Positions 1 to 9,085 of a DNA stretch of 64,000 nt are shown here, one piece after another. Position 1 is the stretch's first letter. Every line of letters starts with the position of its first letter. The DNA comes from Deltaproteobacteria bacterium (lineage in GTDB: Bacteria > Myxococcota > JACRCW01), in contig JACRCW010000017.1 of the NCBI GenBank assembly GCA_016218805.1, positions 53 through 64,052 on the forward strand, written 5' to 3'. A model generated the notes under the pieces. That model was not told the DNA's origin. It did no database searches and was given only the letters and a program-made list of their open reading frames with translations. The translations under genes and the position numbers were made by a program.

Positions 1-99
1 ACCGCCAAAACACGCAACGTTCGATCTCTACACAATCCTATCGTACCAAATGCGCGAAATAATGCAACTTATTGTTTTCCGACTCCTAACCTCGACCCG

Positions 100-435
100 G
101 TGACCGGCGAACGACGGAGTGGCGCCAATCGGGGCGGCACCGACAAGGACTTGGCGATCGCCGGGATTGCGGTCGGTGGCGAAAGCGAGTGCCCCGATTC
201 AATCGCATTGCACGACCGGGAGAAGACGTGGGCGCACAGAAGGAAATCGCACCTCGACGAACCGTCCAGACACGCCCGCCGCCTGGGCCTGGATTCCAAG
301 GAGCGGAAGAGAATAGGGGCGGCCACCGTGCTCCCAAGCGGGCTTACCCTCGCGGAAACGCAGGCCTTGCTTGCGGCCGGGTACGTCGACGCCGAACGTC
401 GGCTTGCCGAACGTCGGGCGAGTAGCCGCGAGTAA
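100..435 (+). CDS. Hypothetical small protein (island cargo)
   Basis: The ORF has acceptable codon bias and no recognisable motif. Confidence 0.25.
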   Translation: MTGERRSGANRGGTDKDLAIAGIAVGGESECPDSIALHDREKTWAHRRKSHLDEPSRHARRLGLDSKERKRIGAATVLPSGLTLAETQALLAAGYVDAERRLAERRASSRE

Positions 436-532
436 TCGCGCCGCGGATCCATTACTCGCGGTTTTCGGGCTCCTGCGCGCGTGGTTGTCTGCATGCGCCG
501 GCACGCACCAAGCGCGCCGCGGAGACACGCCC

Positions 533-763
533 ATGACCAGCAACCCGCAGACCACGGACCGCGCCGCCCTCGTCGAGGCCGGGCTTATTTCAATCGAACA
601 GGCTTGCGAGCTGTCCTCGCTGGGACGGACCACGATCTACGCAGCGATGACGACGGGTGAACTGCGCTTCGCCCGGATCGGCCGCGCCCGCCGCATTCCC
701 CGCCGCGCACTGCTGGACTGGCTCGCGGCGCACGTCGTCGGCGGTGAGCAGTCCGCCGCCTGA
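533..763 (+). CDS. AlpA/excisionase-family HTH DNA-binding protein
   Basis: The motif LISIEQACELSSLGRTTIYAAMTTGELRFARIGRARRI is typical of HTH_17/AlpA/Xis proteins. The gene sits directly upstream of the primase, as in P4-like and PICI elements. Confidence 0.6.
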   Translation: MTSNPQTTDRAALVEAGLISIEQACELSSLGRTTIYAAMTTGELRFARIGRARRIPRRALLDWLAAHVVGGEQSAA

Positions 764-855
764 TCCCCGCAGCGCGCCAGCCTTTCGAATCCGGCAGCGC
801 GCAACCCTGCCAAAAGAAAAGGCGCGGGGACAAGCCGCGCCAGAGGACAACCCGC

Positions 856-2454
856 ATGGACACATCTACTACGACGACGACGACGACGGCGCCACCCGGA
901 CCCGACGCTGCGGGCCGCGTCCCGCGCGAATCACGCTCGCCAGCGGACGACCACGTGCACGCGGGCCCAGGAGGGCACCTCACCGATCTGGGCATTGCCG
1001 ACCGGCTTGTGCGTCGTCGTGGTGCGGACATGCGCCACTGCGCCGCGCGGGGGCAATGGCTCCTTTGGGACGGCCACCACTGGCAACCCGATCAACGCGG
1101 GTGCGCCATCCGCTTTGCCGCGGAAGAAGCGCGCGCCGCCACGACGGAGGCCGCCCGCTCTGGCGCTGACGCGAGGGTGCTCGCCGCCGCGAAGCGGCAG
1201 GAGGCGCACGGCCGCGTCTTGGGCGCGCTCGCCCTGGCCGCAGTGCACCCGCTGATCGCCGTGACCGCCGCGGATTTGGACGTGGACTCATGGCTGCTGA
1301 ACGTGCAAAACGGAACGCTGGACCTCCGCAGCGGCACCCTGCGGCCACACCGTCGTGACGACCTGCTCACGCACATGCTGCCCTTTGACTTCGACCCAGT
1401 GGCCCCGTGCGCGCGATGGGACCGCTTCCTCCACGAGGTCATGGACGGCCGGCAGGACTTGGTAGCCTTCCTCAGGCGCTGGTTTGGCTACTGCCTTACC
1501 GCGGACGTGCGCGAGCACGCGATGCTTTTCCTTGTCGGCGACGGGCGCAACGGGAAAGGCTGCCTCGTCGAAACGATCCAGCACGTGATGGGCCCGCGCT
1601 TGACGGGCGCCGCTCCCGAAGGCCTGTTGCTCCAGCAGCACGGCGCTCGCCACCCTGCTGACGTTCAGTTTCTCGCCGGCCGGCGCTTGATAGTCGCCAG
1701 CGAGGTTCCACAGGGTGCGGCGTTCAACGAGGAGCGAATCAAGAAGTTGACGGGGGGTGACACGTTGAACGCGCGTGGTATGCGGCAGGACTTCGCGGAC
1801 TTCACGCCCACGCACAAGATCGTCGTGCAGGCGAACCATCACCCGCGCGTGCGGGATCAATCGGCGGCGTTGTGGCGTCGCATGCGCGTGGTGCCCTTTG
1901 ACGTCTCGTTTGCTGGGCGCGAGGACCGCGGGCTGAAGGCCGCGTTGTGTGCGGAGGCGCCGGGGATCCTCGCGTGGCTGGTGGCAGGCTGCTTGGAATG
2001 GCAGAAGCACGGCCTGGGCGAGCCGCTGGCAGTGGCCCAGGCCACGGCCGGCTACCGGGCCGACGAGGACTTCCTTGGCCAGTGGTCGGCGGACTGGCAG
2101 TCGCGGTACCCGACGGCGGGGGAAACGAAAGCCGCGGACCTGCATGCCGACCTCCGGGCGTGGTGCGAACATCAAGGCGAGCACCCGCCGCGCCAGCGCG
2201 ACCTTGCCCGGGAACTCCACCGCCTGGGGTGGGTTCATCACCCAACGGCCCGGCCGGTCGCATGGAGCCCGCCGCAGTCTGCGCAGGCTGCGCAGTCTGA
2301 TTTGTATGACGCGGCTACACGCGCGCGTAAGGGCGTCAATGGGGAACAGACTGCGGCAGCCTGCGAGACTGCGGAAACCTGTCCGTCGGTGTCCGCTGGC
2401 GTCCAAACAGCCCCTCGCCCCTGGCCGGCCGATCCGGCGGAGGCCAAGGCATGA
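856..2454 (+). CDS. Phage/plasmid primase, P4 family, with C-terminal SF3 helicase/NTPase domain
   Basis: A Walker A motif (LFLVGDGRNGKG) is followed by a D5_N/primase-C-like region. At 532 aa it has the size and layout of P4 alpha-like primase-helicases. Confidence 0.8.
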   Translation: MDTSTTTTTTTAPPGPDAAGRVPRESRSPADDHVHAGPGGHLTDLGIADRLVRRRGADMRHCAARGQWLLWDGHHWQPDQRGCAIRFAAEEARAATTEAARSGADARVLAAAKRQEAHGRVLGALALAAVHPLIAVTAADLDVDSWLLNVQNGTLDLRSGTLRPHRRDDLLTHMLPFDFDPVAPCARWDRFLHEVMDGRQDLVAFLRRWFGYCLTADVREHAMLFLVGDGRNGKGCLVETIQHVMGPRLTGAAPEGLLLQQHGARHPADVQFLAGRRLIVASEVPQGAAFNEERIKKLTGGDTLNARGMRQDFADFTPTHKIVVQANHHPRVRDQSAALWRRMRVVPFDVSFAGREDRGLKAALCAEAPGILAWLVAGCLEWQKHGLGEPLAVAQATAGYRADEDFLGQWSADWQSRYPTAGETKAADLHADLRAWCEHQGEHPPRQRDLARELHRLGWVHHPTARPVAWSPPQSAQAAQSDLYDAATRARKGVNGEQTAAACETAETCPSVSAGVQTAPRPWPADPAEAKA

Positions 2455-2488
2455 GCGCTCCCTCCTCAGCGGACGTTGACCGCGACAA

Positions 2489-3082
2489 ATGACCGCGGAG
2501 GGGGAAGCAACGCGCGCGTCCAGCGATACGGATCGCCCCGCACCCGGGGCAGAAGGTGGCACCATGACGACCACAAGGAGCCGGAAACGGCCGCAAATGG
2601 CAGGACGGCAGACCCGCGCGTTGTCCGCGCTGCTGAGCCACCACACGGTGGTTGCCGCGGCACGCGCCGCAGGTGTGGGTGAGCGGACGCTCCGCAGGTG
2701 GCTAGCGAGCGACGCCGCGTTCCAAGCAGAGTACCGCGCCGCGCTCCGGGACCTGGCGTCCCAGATCGCGCTGCGCCCCGTCGTCGCGTCTGAGACGGCG
2801 CTGGACGTGCTGACTGCGGTGATGGAAGACCCGGGCACACCTGCTTCGGTTCGCGTTGCCGCGGCAGGGAAGGTCATCGACGCTGCGCTGCGCATCATTG
2901 AGAAGGACGGAACGCTGAACGCGCACGCTGACGGGGCCGCGACGGTGCCCGCGATCACCGGTGAGTTGTCGCCGGGTGTTGAGCCGCCAAGCGAAGCGGA
3001 CGCCCACGGCACGGACACAGGTGCGGTGCACCAGCTGCCGTTGAATCCCCTGCGCCGTAGCCGGGCAGGTGGTGCCGAATGA
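2489..3082 (+). CDS. HTH protein with terminase-small-subunit-like N-terminal motif (paralog 1)
   Basis: The motif TVVAAARAAGVGERTLRRWLASDAAFQAEYRAA matches the TerS N-terminal HTH pattern (A.AGYS..TA......L.). Its stop overlaps the start of paralog 2. Confidence 0.5.
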   Translation: MTAEGEATRASSDTDRPAPGAEGGTMTTTRSRKRPQMAGRQTRALSALLSHHTVVAAARAAGVGERTLRRWLASDAAFQAEYRAALRDLASQIALRPVVASETALDVLTAVMEDPGTPASVRVAAAGKVIDAALRIIEKDGTLNAHADGAATVPAITGELSPGVEPPSEADAHGTDTGAVHQLPLNPLRRSRAGGAE

Positions 3083-3480
3083 AGCCCAATGATCCCTCCC
3101 CACAGCTGCCCCGCCGGCAGGAAGCCGCCCTGATGGCGTTGCTGGAGAGCCCCACGCTGAACGCGGCCGCAGCGAAGGCCGGGTGCAGCAAAGCGACGCT
3201 GCGCCGCGGGTTGGCCGAGGAGGCGTTCCTGGCGGCCTACCGAGCGGCTCGGCGGGAACTGATGGGGCACACCGCGGCACGCCTCCAAGCAAGCGCTGCC
3301 GAGGCGCTGGACGCATTGCGGGCCATCATCGCGGACGCGGATGCGCCAGCCGCCGCACGCGTCACCGCAGCGCGCACCGTGCTGGAGATGGCGACACGCA
3401 CCGCGGAAACGGAAGAACTGAGTGAGCGCGTGGCAAAGCTTGAAGCTGCCGCGCTAGCGACGGAGGAAACATGGGCATGA
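3079..3480 (+). CDS. HTH protein, terminase-small-subunit-like (paralog 2)
   Basis: The motif TLNAAAAKAGCSKATLRRGLAEEAFLAAYRAARRE is a paralog of the upstream gene. The two overlap by ATGA. Confidence 0.5.
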   Translation: MKPNDPSPQLPRRQEAALMALLESPTLNAAAAKAGCSKATLRRGLAEEAFLAAYRAARRELMGHTAARLQASAAEALDALRAIIADADAPAAARVTAARTVLEMATRTAETEELSERVAKLEAAALATEETWA

Positions 3481-3689
3481 AACAGAGGGTAGAAGCGCTT
3501 GAGCGCCGCGCACCGAAACCACAGGCGCGGATCCACTACGTCGTCCGGAAGGCCGACGATGACGACACGTGCCCACATTGCGAGCGCGAACAAGCCACCG
3601 GGGTGCCGCCTGGCAAGGTTGTGCACCTCACGTGCATCCGTCGCCGGGCCAGCGAAGTGCCGGCACGGCCGCCCGACGAGCAAGGGTGA
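3471..3689 (+). CDS. Small protein with a CxxC motif (possible zinc-binding)
   Basis: The ORF is 72 aa with a coiled N-terminus and a CPHCE...LTC motif. Its start overlaps the end of the upstream gene. Confidence 0.35.
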   Translation: MGMKQRVEALERRAPKPQARIHYVVRKADDDDTCPHCEREQATGVPPGKVVHLTCIRRRASEVPARPPDEQG

Positions 3690-4147
3690 TCGCTGCCGTT
3701 CGCGGCGGACAACTCGCAGTCACGGCAGCGGCGCGCACCCTGGATCAGCGCTCGACCTCGCGCTGTGGGCATGCGGCATCCTCGGCCGCTTCCTTGGCCG
3801 CCTTGCGGGCTGCCTCTCCATTCTTTCCGGCTGCCTCCTCCGCCTTGCGGGTTTGCTTTCTGCTCAACCTGCGCCTCGCACACCTCTCGATCGCGCCCCG
3901 TGTTCTCCCGTGTCCGCCATGCACTGACATACGTCCCGGCAGAGGATCTCCGGTTCCGGTGCTGTGGACGCGGATGCAGCAAGTCAGGACCGGGGCAGGC
4001 GAGTCACCGCGGCCGAAGTAGACAAAAAGCACCATAGGGCTACAGTGAATGCTGGGCCGCCGGGGATGGCCGCTCAAGCTACGGCCTAGGTCGCTATCCC
4101 TCAAGTTCCGTCACCAGCCCCATGGGACGGATGCAACGAAGGGTACG

Positions 4148-4762
4148 ATGGCCACCGCTGCCGATGCTTCTGCGTTCCTCTTGGAGATTCAGCTCCAGCT
4201 GGACACGTACAAGCTTCACAAGTTGCTGTACTATGCACAAGGTTGGCACCTCGCGTGGTACGGCGAGCCCCTCTTCTCTGACAGGCTCGAGGCATGGGTG
4301 AACGGCCCGGTTGCGCCCGGCGTCTTCCATGAAACGCGCGGACTCCGCGAGGTGCGTGCGGTGCCGAGTGGAGACGGATACGCGCTTACTGAATGGCAAC
4401 AGCGCACCCTCCGCGAAGTGATGCGCGTGTACGGGGCTTTCTCTGGCGCGGACTTGGCCGAGCTCACCCATCAGGAGCCGCCGTGGAAAGCCGCCCGGGC
4501 AGGCCTTCCGCCTGATGCGAGATCAGACGCGGAAGTCGAACGTGCCGCCATGAAGCAGTTTTTTGCAGGCCTAGCCGCCATTGGAGAGGAAAAGGGGCGC
4601 ATTCCGCAAGGCGTAGTGGTTGGACTGCTGGCCTGGGCGAACATGAAGACCACCGAGCGAATGGACTTGGCACACCAAGACTTCGTCGACGCCGACGCGG
4701 ACGCCTATGCAAGGTGGATGAACGACGGCGGTGATGAGCCGTGGCCCGAACCGCGCGCCTGA
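4148..4762 (+). CDS. Panacea-domain (DUF4065, SocA/PanA-like) antitoxin-type protein
   Basis: The motif KLHKLLYYAQGWHLAWYGEPLFSDRLEAWVNGPV matches the Panacea-domain signature. The start was chosen at the internal Met. Confidence 0.7.
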   Translation: MATAADASAFLLEIQLQLDTYKLHKLLYYAQGWHLAWYGEPLFSDRLEAWVNGPVAPGVFHETRGLREVRAVPSGDGYALTEWQQRTLREVMRVYGAFSGADLAELTHQEPPWKAARAGLPPDARSDAEVERAAMKQFFAGLAAIGEEKGRIPQGVVVGLLAWANMKTTERMDLAHQDFVDADADAYARWMNDGGDEPWPEPRA

Positions 4763-5022
4763 GCAGGGCGTTCATCCGGCAATGCCACGACCTCAGGTGC
4801 CATGATCCCTCATGCGCTGTCGCCATTGCCCAGGTGGTGCGCGACCTCTGCGCATCCGAGCCTCTTCCCGGGGTGGGCGACACCCGTGCGTTGATGCCCC
4901 CGGTGGTGCACTGCCACGCACGTGCCCTCGAAACGCATTTTCGTTGGTTGCTCTACGAGTTCGATGACGAGCACGTTCACTTCCTTGGCATTAGCAGCAC
5001 CGACCCTTCGCCCAGGCAGTGA
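4741..5022 (+). CDS. ParE/RelE-fold toxin candidate, overlapping the Panacea gene
   Basis: A 22-nt overlap with the upstream gene is typical of toxin-antitoxin operons. The C-terminus RWLLYEFDDEHVHFLGI resembles the ParE/RelE (R.vYrVdde...V.iLrI.H) pattern, and codon bias is good. Confidence 0.4.
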   Translation: MARTARLSRAFIRQCHDLRCHDPSCAVAIAQVVRDLCASEPLPGVGDTRALMPPVVHCHARALETHFRWLLYEFDDEHVHFLGISSTDPSPRQ

Positions 5023-5549
5023 TTCCCTGGCTCCAAGCGGCTGGCGGATTCCCCGCCGCGCCCCGGGCGGGAAGCGCAGCCACGCCGCTGTTTCCTGCGC
5101 GTTGACGACGGCGGGCGTGCGCTTGTTTCCGCCGAGCGCGTGGACGCGGAGTTGGTGGACGATGTGGCGTCCCACGCAAGGTGAGACGTCGCCCGATGGG
5201 GACCCGCAGTCGCTGCCCGTCTATGCGCCGACAGTGACGGTGACCGCGTCGGGCGGCACCACTGCCTGAACGCCGCGCGCGTCTACGATTCGCACCCAGC
5301 CGAGGGCACCCCGTGCCAGCACTGCTATCTGGGCGCATCCGCGCGTGCGCGCCAGTTCCTCCAGGTGAAAATCTCCAGTGTGCGGATTGTTCCCGTCGGT
5401 CGGTCTGATGCGCCAAGCCAGGCACGGGTGAAGGCGTGCTCTTACCATCTGTCGTCGTCCTCTCTTGCGGGCGTTGCCGCAATCGGAATCCTACCTCGCC
5501 AGGCCTGAACAGCAAGAGGCGTCGATCAACTGGCCGCCCACGGTGCGCG

Positions 5550-6092
5550 CTACTTGACCACCTCCCGCTCGCGAGGCGTGGCGTTCTCTCCCTTGCGCTG
5601 GTCCTTCCACTTCTTGGCGCGTTCGCGTTCCACCTCCACCTCGCACACTTCCTGCTCCTGCCCGGTCTGGTCCATGCAAACCTTGACGTCATGATCGACC
5701 TGGGGTTCGTCGTCTTGGACCGGCGGCCGGTCGCTTCGGCGCTGGTAGTAGTCCGGGACCGGTGGTGCCTTCGGTGCGGTGAAGCGGGCGTCCAAACCGG
5801 TGTAGCCCAGCCGCACCAGCACGATGCCGATTCCGAGGACAGCGGCGCACGCCACGCACAAACCGACGAGCGCGGCGATGGGCAGGAGCCCCACGACCGC
5901 GCCGACGTAGGCTGTGGTGCCCACTGTTGGCGCCAAGGACACGGCAGCGGCAACCCCCACCAGCGCGCCGATGGCGGCGCCAGCCAAGCCTACCAGCCCT
6001 CCCGCGAGCCCGAATCCTCCCCACGTCGTGAACGCCGCGCCGAATGCCAGCTGCACCGCGGCCATTGCGACGTCGACTGATCCGGTCTCCAT
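5550..6092 (-). CDS. Glycine-zipper membrane protein with a charged C-terminal tail
   Basis: The N-terminus contains GGFGLAGGLVGLAGAAIGALVGVAAAV, a 2TM glycine-zipper motif. The C-terminus is acidic and basic. The start was chosen at an internal Met. Confidence 0.5.
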   Translation of the reverse strand: METGSVDVAMAAVQLAFGAAFTTWGGFGLAGGLVGLAGAAIGALVGVAAAVSLAPTVGTTAYVGAVVGLLPIAALVGLCVACAAVLGIGIVLVRLGYTGLDARFTAPKAPPVPDYYQRRSDRPPVQDDEPQVDHDVKVCMDQTGQEQEVCEVEVERERAKKWKDQRKGENATPREREVVK

Positions 6093-6415
6093 GCTGACCC
6101 CCGAGGTTGAACGCGGCCGGATGCTGCCGCGGTTCCGCGCTCCCGTCGACGTGCCGCACGTGCGACGCATGCTGACGCTGGCAAACGCTGCGCGCCGCGG
6201 CGGCAAACGTGTCGCGCCGTTCTCCGCCTCGGGGCTGAACGGCCATTCACCCGCTCGGGAAACGCGCTGCATGACGTATCCCATCCCCACGCATTGCCAG
6301 TCTGTCACGTCGTGCCCTGCCCCGGCTGTTACGGCGGGAACCCGCTGTAACGGATCTTGCCCGGGCGTGTCGCTTTGTGGTTGACGATGGGACGCAGCGT
6401 AATACACTGGGACGC

Positions 6416-7096
6416 ATGGAAACCCGCACCGTTGCCTACATCCGCGTGTCCACCGACAAGCAGGCCGACAAGGGCGTGAGCCTGGAGGCCCAGCGGGCGA
6501 AGGTGGAGGCCTACGCCACCCTCTACGATCTGGACATCGTGGACGTGGTGGTGGACGCGGGCGTTTCCGCCAAGACGCTGGACCGGCCGGGGCTCAACCG
6601 TGCGCTGGGGATGCTCAAGTCCGGCGCGGCTGACGCGCTGCTGGTGGTGAAGCTGGACCGCCTCACCCGCAGCGTCGTGGACCTTGGGACGCTGGTGGAC
6701 GCCTACTTCGCGGCGGGCAAGTGGGCGCTTCTGTCCGTGGGTGAGCAGATCGACACCCGCAGCGCCGCGGGCCGTCTCGTCCTCAACGTGCTGGCCAGCG
6801 TGAGTCAGTGGGAGCGCGAAGCCATCGGGGAGCGCACCAGCGCGGCGATGCAGCACAAGGCGTCACAGGGCGAGTACACCGGCGGTGGGGCGCCGTACGG
6901 CTTCCGCGTGGCGGCGGACGGCGTGCACTTGGACGAGGAACCCGCGGAGCAAGCGGTGCTTGATGAAGCACGCGCCCTGCGCGCCGCGGGGTTGTCCCTG
7001 CGCGCGGTGGCGGCGGAACTGGATCGGTTGGGCATGCGGTCTCGCGTGGGAAGCCCCTTCGCCGCTGTGCAGGTGGCGCGGATGGTGGCGGCATGA
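6416..7096 (+). CDS. Serine recombinase (resolvase/invertase family)
   Basis: The N-terminus VAYIRVSTDKQ carries the catalytic Ser motif, and there is a resolvase fold with a C-terminal HTH. Confidence 0.85.
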   Translation: METRTVAYIRVSTDKQADKGVSLEAQRAKVEAYATLYDLDIVDVVVDAGVSAKTLDRPGLNRALGMLKSGAADALLVVKLDRLTRSVVDLGTLVDAYFAAGKWALLSVGEQIDTRSAAGRLVLNVLASVSQWEREAIGERTSAAMQHKASQGEYTGGGAPYGFRVAADGVHLDEEPAEQAVLDEARALRAAGLSLRAVAAELDRLGMRSRVGSPFAAVQVARMVAA

Positions 7097-7440
7097 CGGC
7101 GCGGCCGGTGGACCTGGACGCGGTGCGCGCGTCGCGGAAGCGCCTGCGCGCCCTGGCGGCGGCGCACCCGCAGCTGCGCGGCGAGCCCGGCGCGAACAAC
7201 GTGAGCGGATGGGAAGCAACCCTGGCGACGGAGGAAGCACGAATGGCGACGCAACAGGTTGGGATCAGGCTGCCGGAGGAACTGGTGGCGCGGCTGGACC
7301 AGCACGTTGAGCGGATGCGCGCGGCGCAGCCAGGCCTTGAGGTGACCCGCGCGGATGCTGTGCGGGTGCTCCTGACCAAGGCGCTGGACGCGGAGGGCGG
7401 CAAGCCCGCGGCAAGGACCAAGAAGGGGACCCGCCCATGA
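7093..7440 (+). CDS. Ribbon-helix-helix (CopG/Arc-like) DNA-binding protein
   Basis: The motif VGIRLPEELVARLDQHVERMR...TRADAVRVLLTKAL is RHH-like. It shares ATGA overlaps with both flanking recombinase genes. Confidence 0.6.
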   Translation: MTARPVDLDAVRASRKRLRALAAAHPQLRGEPGANNVSGWEATLATEEARMATQQVGIRLPEELVARLDQHVERMRAAQPGLEVTRADAVRVLLTKALDAEGGKPAARTKKGTRP

Positions 7441-8570
7441 CCCGCGCGCGGCGTGGGCGCGGCGAAGGCGGCGTCTACCAGCGCCCGGACGGACTTTGGT
7501 CTGCGCAGCTGTCGCTTGGGTACGACGGGAACGGCGGTCGCCTCCGCCGCACGCTCTACGGGCAGTCCAAGCGGGACGTGCAAGCGAAACTGCGCGCCCT
7601 TCAGACGGACGCTGACGTGGGAACGCTTGTCGCCCCGGAGCGGCTCACCGTTTCGCAGTTTCTGTCGCGGTGGCTGGACTCGGCCAAGCAGACGATCCGG
7701 GCGACAACCGCTGCGCGGTACCGCGCCCTCATCCGCGTCAGCGTGGGCCCGCACATCGGCGGCATTCCTGTGCAGAAGCTCCAGCCGCTGCAGGTCCAGG
7801 CGCTCTACGCCAAGCTGGAAGCTGCGGGGCTCGCGCCCTCAACACGTCGTCAGGTGCACGCCATTCTGCACCGTGCGTTTGCCCAGGCGGTCCGGTGGGG
7901 GAACATGGTCCGCAATCCCTGTGACGCCGTGGACAAGCCACGCGTGCCCAAGCACCGGGTTGACGCACTGAAGCCAGAGGAGGTGGCGAAGCTCGCGGAG
8001 GCTGCCAGCGGGGACCGCCTCGCGGCGCTGTACGTGCTCGCCCTCTCAACGGGGATGCGGCAGGGCGAACTGCTGGGCTTGCAGTGGTCGGACGTGGATC
8101 TCCCTGGGCGCGCCGTTGTCGTGCGGCACTCGCTGGAGGAAATCGCGGGCAAGCTGCGCCTGTCCGAAACCAAGTCCGGGAAGGTGCGTCGCGTTGACCT
8201 GGACGCGCACACCGTGGATGCGCTGCGGGAGCACCGGAAGCGCATGCTGGCGGAGGGTCACCCGGGGCCCTGGGTCTTCCCGGACACGGAGGGGAACCCG
8301 CTGCGCAAGTCCAACCTCGTCCGCCGGTCCTTCAAGCCGCTGCTGAAGCGCGCCGGGCTGCCGGACATCCGCTTCCACGACCTGCGCCACGCGGCTGCCA
8401 CGCTGATGCTCCTGCAGGGCGTCAACCCGAAGGTGGTCCAGGAGCGCCTTGGGCATGCGCAGCTAACCATCACGCTGGACGTCTATGGTCACGTCCTGCC
8501 CACCATGCAGGCCGACGCGGTGGCGAAGATGGACGCCTTTTGGCGGAGCGCGGCAGTTACTACTGCCTAA
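7437..8570 (+). CDS. Tyrosine integrase (phage integrase family)
   Basis: The protein has an N-terminal SAM-like domain and a C-terminal catalytic domain with R...HDLRHAAATLML...Y. It reads towards the tRNA fragment. Confidence 0.9.
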   Translation: MTRARRGRGEGGVYQRPDGLWSAQLSLGYDGNGGRLRRTLYGQSKRDVQAKLRALQTDADVGTLVAPERLTVSQFLSRWLDSAKQTIRATTAARYRALIRVSVGPHIGGIPVQKLQPLQVQALYAKLEAAGLAPSTRRQVHAILHRAFAQAVRWGNMVRNPCDAVDKPRVPKHRVDALKPEEVAKLAEAASGDRLAALYVLALSTGMRQGELLGLQWSDVDLPGRAVVVRHSLEEIAGKLRLSETKSGKVRRVDLDAHTVDALREHRKRMLAEGHPGPWVFPDTEGNPLRKSNLVRRSFKPLLKRAGLPDIRFHDLRHAAATLMLLQGVNPKVVQERLGHAQLTITLDVYGHVLPTMQADAVAKMDAFWRSAAVTTA

Positions 8571-8693
8571 CTACTGCCAATGGGGCGGAAAGTGGCGAAC
8601 CGCGGCGGTTGGTGGCGGATGCGTGGCCCGTCCGGTTGACGTCGTCAGCGAACGCGTGCGGCCGTCCGCGGCAGAAAGCGGAAACCCGCCCGT

Positions 8694-8740
8694 TCGGACT
8701 CATAATCCCTAGGTCGGCGGTTCGATTCCGCCCCCCGCTA
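8694..8740 (+). other. Partial tRNA 3' fragment (anticodon loop CTCATAA with CAT, T-arm GGCGG-TTCGATT-CCGCC, acceptor 3' strand). Candidate att core of the island.
   Basis: The T-arm is canonical, but no matching 5' acceptor or D-arm could be found, so this is not a complete tRNA. Integrating elements produce exactly this kind of partial 3' copy. Confidence 0.45.
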
Positions 8741-9085
8741 CACAGGAATCCATCGCATCCAGGTTCAATGCAGTCGCCGCGCCGGGGCCAGCCCGGGGCG
8801 GTGACCTTTCATCCGCACGCGGGTTGGGTTGCCCGCGGTTCTCACGGCGGGCGGAACCCAACGCCGCGCTTCATTCACCATGAAATCCCGGTGGCGGCTT
8901 CTCATGCCTTCTGCTAGTTTCACCCCATTCGCCGCGGGCTCGTGGGCAGACCGCTCCAGCGTGGCGACGGAAAGGGGACCGATCATGCGTGCCGCCGCCA
9001 TCACGTACGCCGTGACCGCCCCGTCCGTTCGCTCCTGAGCGTCGACGGAAACCTGCAAGGAAAGCCGTAGAGCGGGCGCCACAGA

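Larger units (their letters stand above)
1..8745. mobile_element. Putative integrated genomic island / phage-satellite-like element. Cargo is excisionase-like HTH, P4-type primase, terminase-small-subunit-like HTH paralogs, toxin-antitoxin pair, serine recombinase, RHH protein and tyrosine integrase, bounded on the right by a partial tRNA 3' fragment. The left boundary is at or beyond the window start.
   Basis: Mobility and replication genes are clustered. The integrase reads into a tRNA T-arm/acceptor fragment at 8694-8740. The first ~100 nt of the window are AT-rich in a ~70% GC genome. Confidence 0.6.

Noticed and set aside
5221-5448. 75-aa minus-strand ORF in the island gap (possible MazF/AbrB-like)
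   Set aside because: Codon usage is mixed and the motif is not convincing. It cannot be supported without a homology search.
8668-8745. Complete tRNA-Met/Ile(CAT) gene
   Set aside because: The T-arm and 3' acceptor are canonical, but no complementary 5' acceptor strand, D-arm or full anticodon stem could be built. It is treated as a partial 3' fragment / att site.
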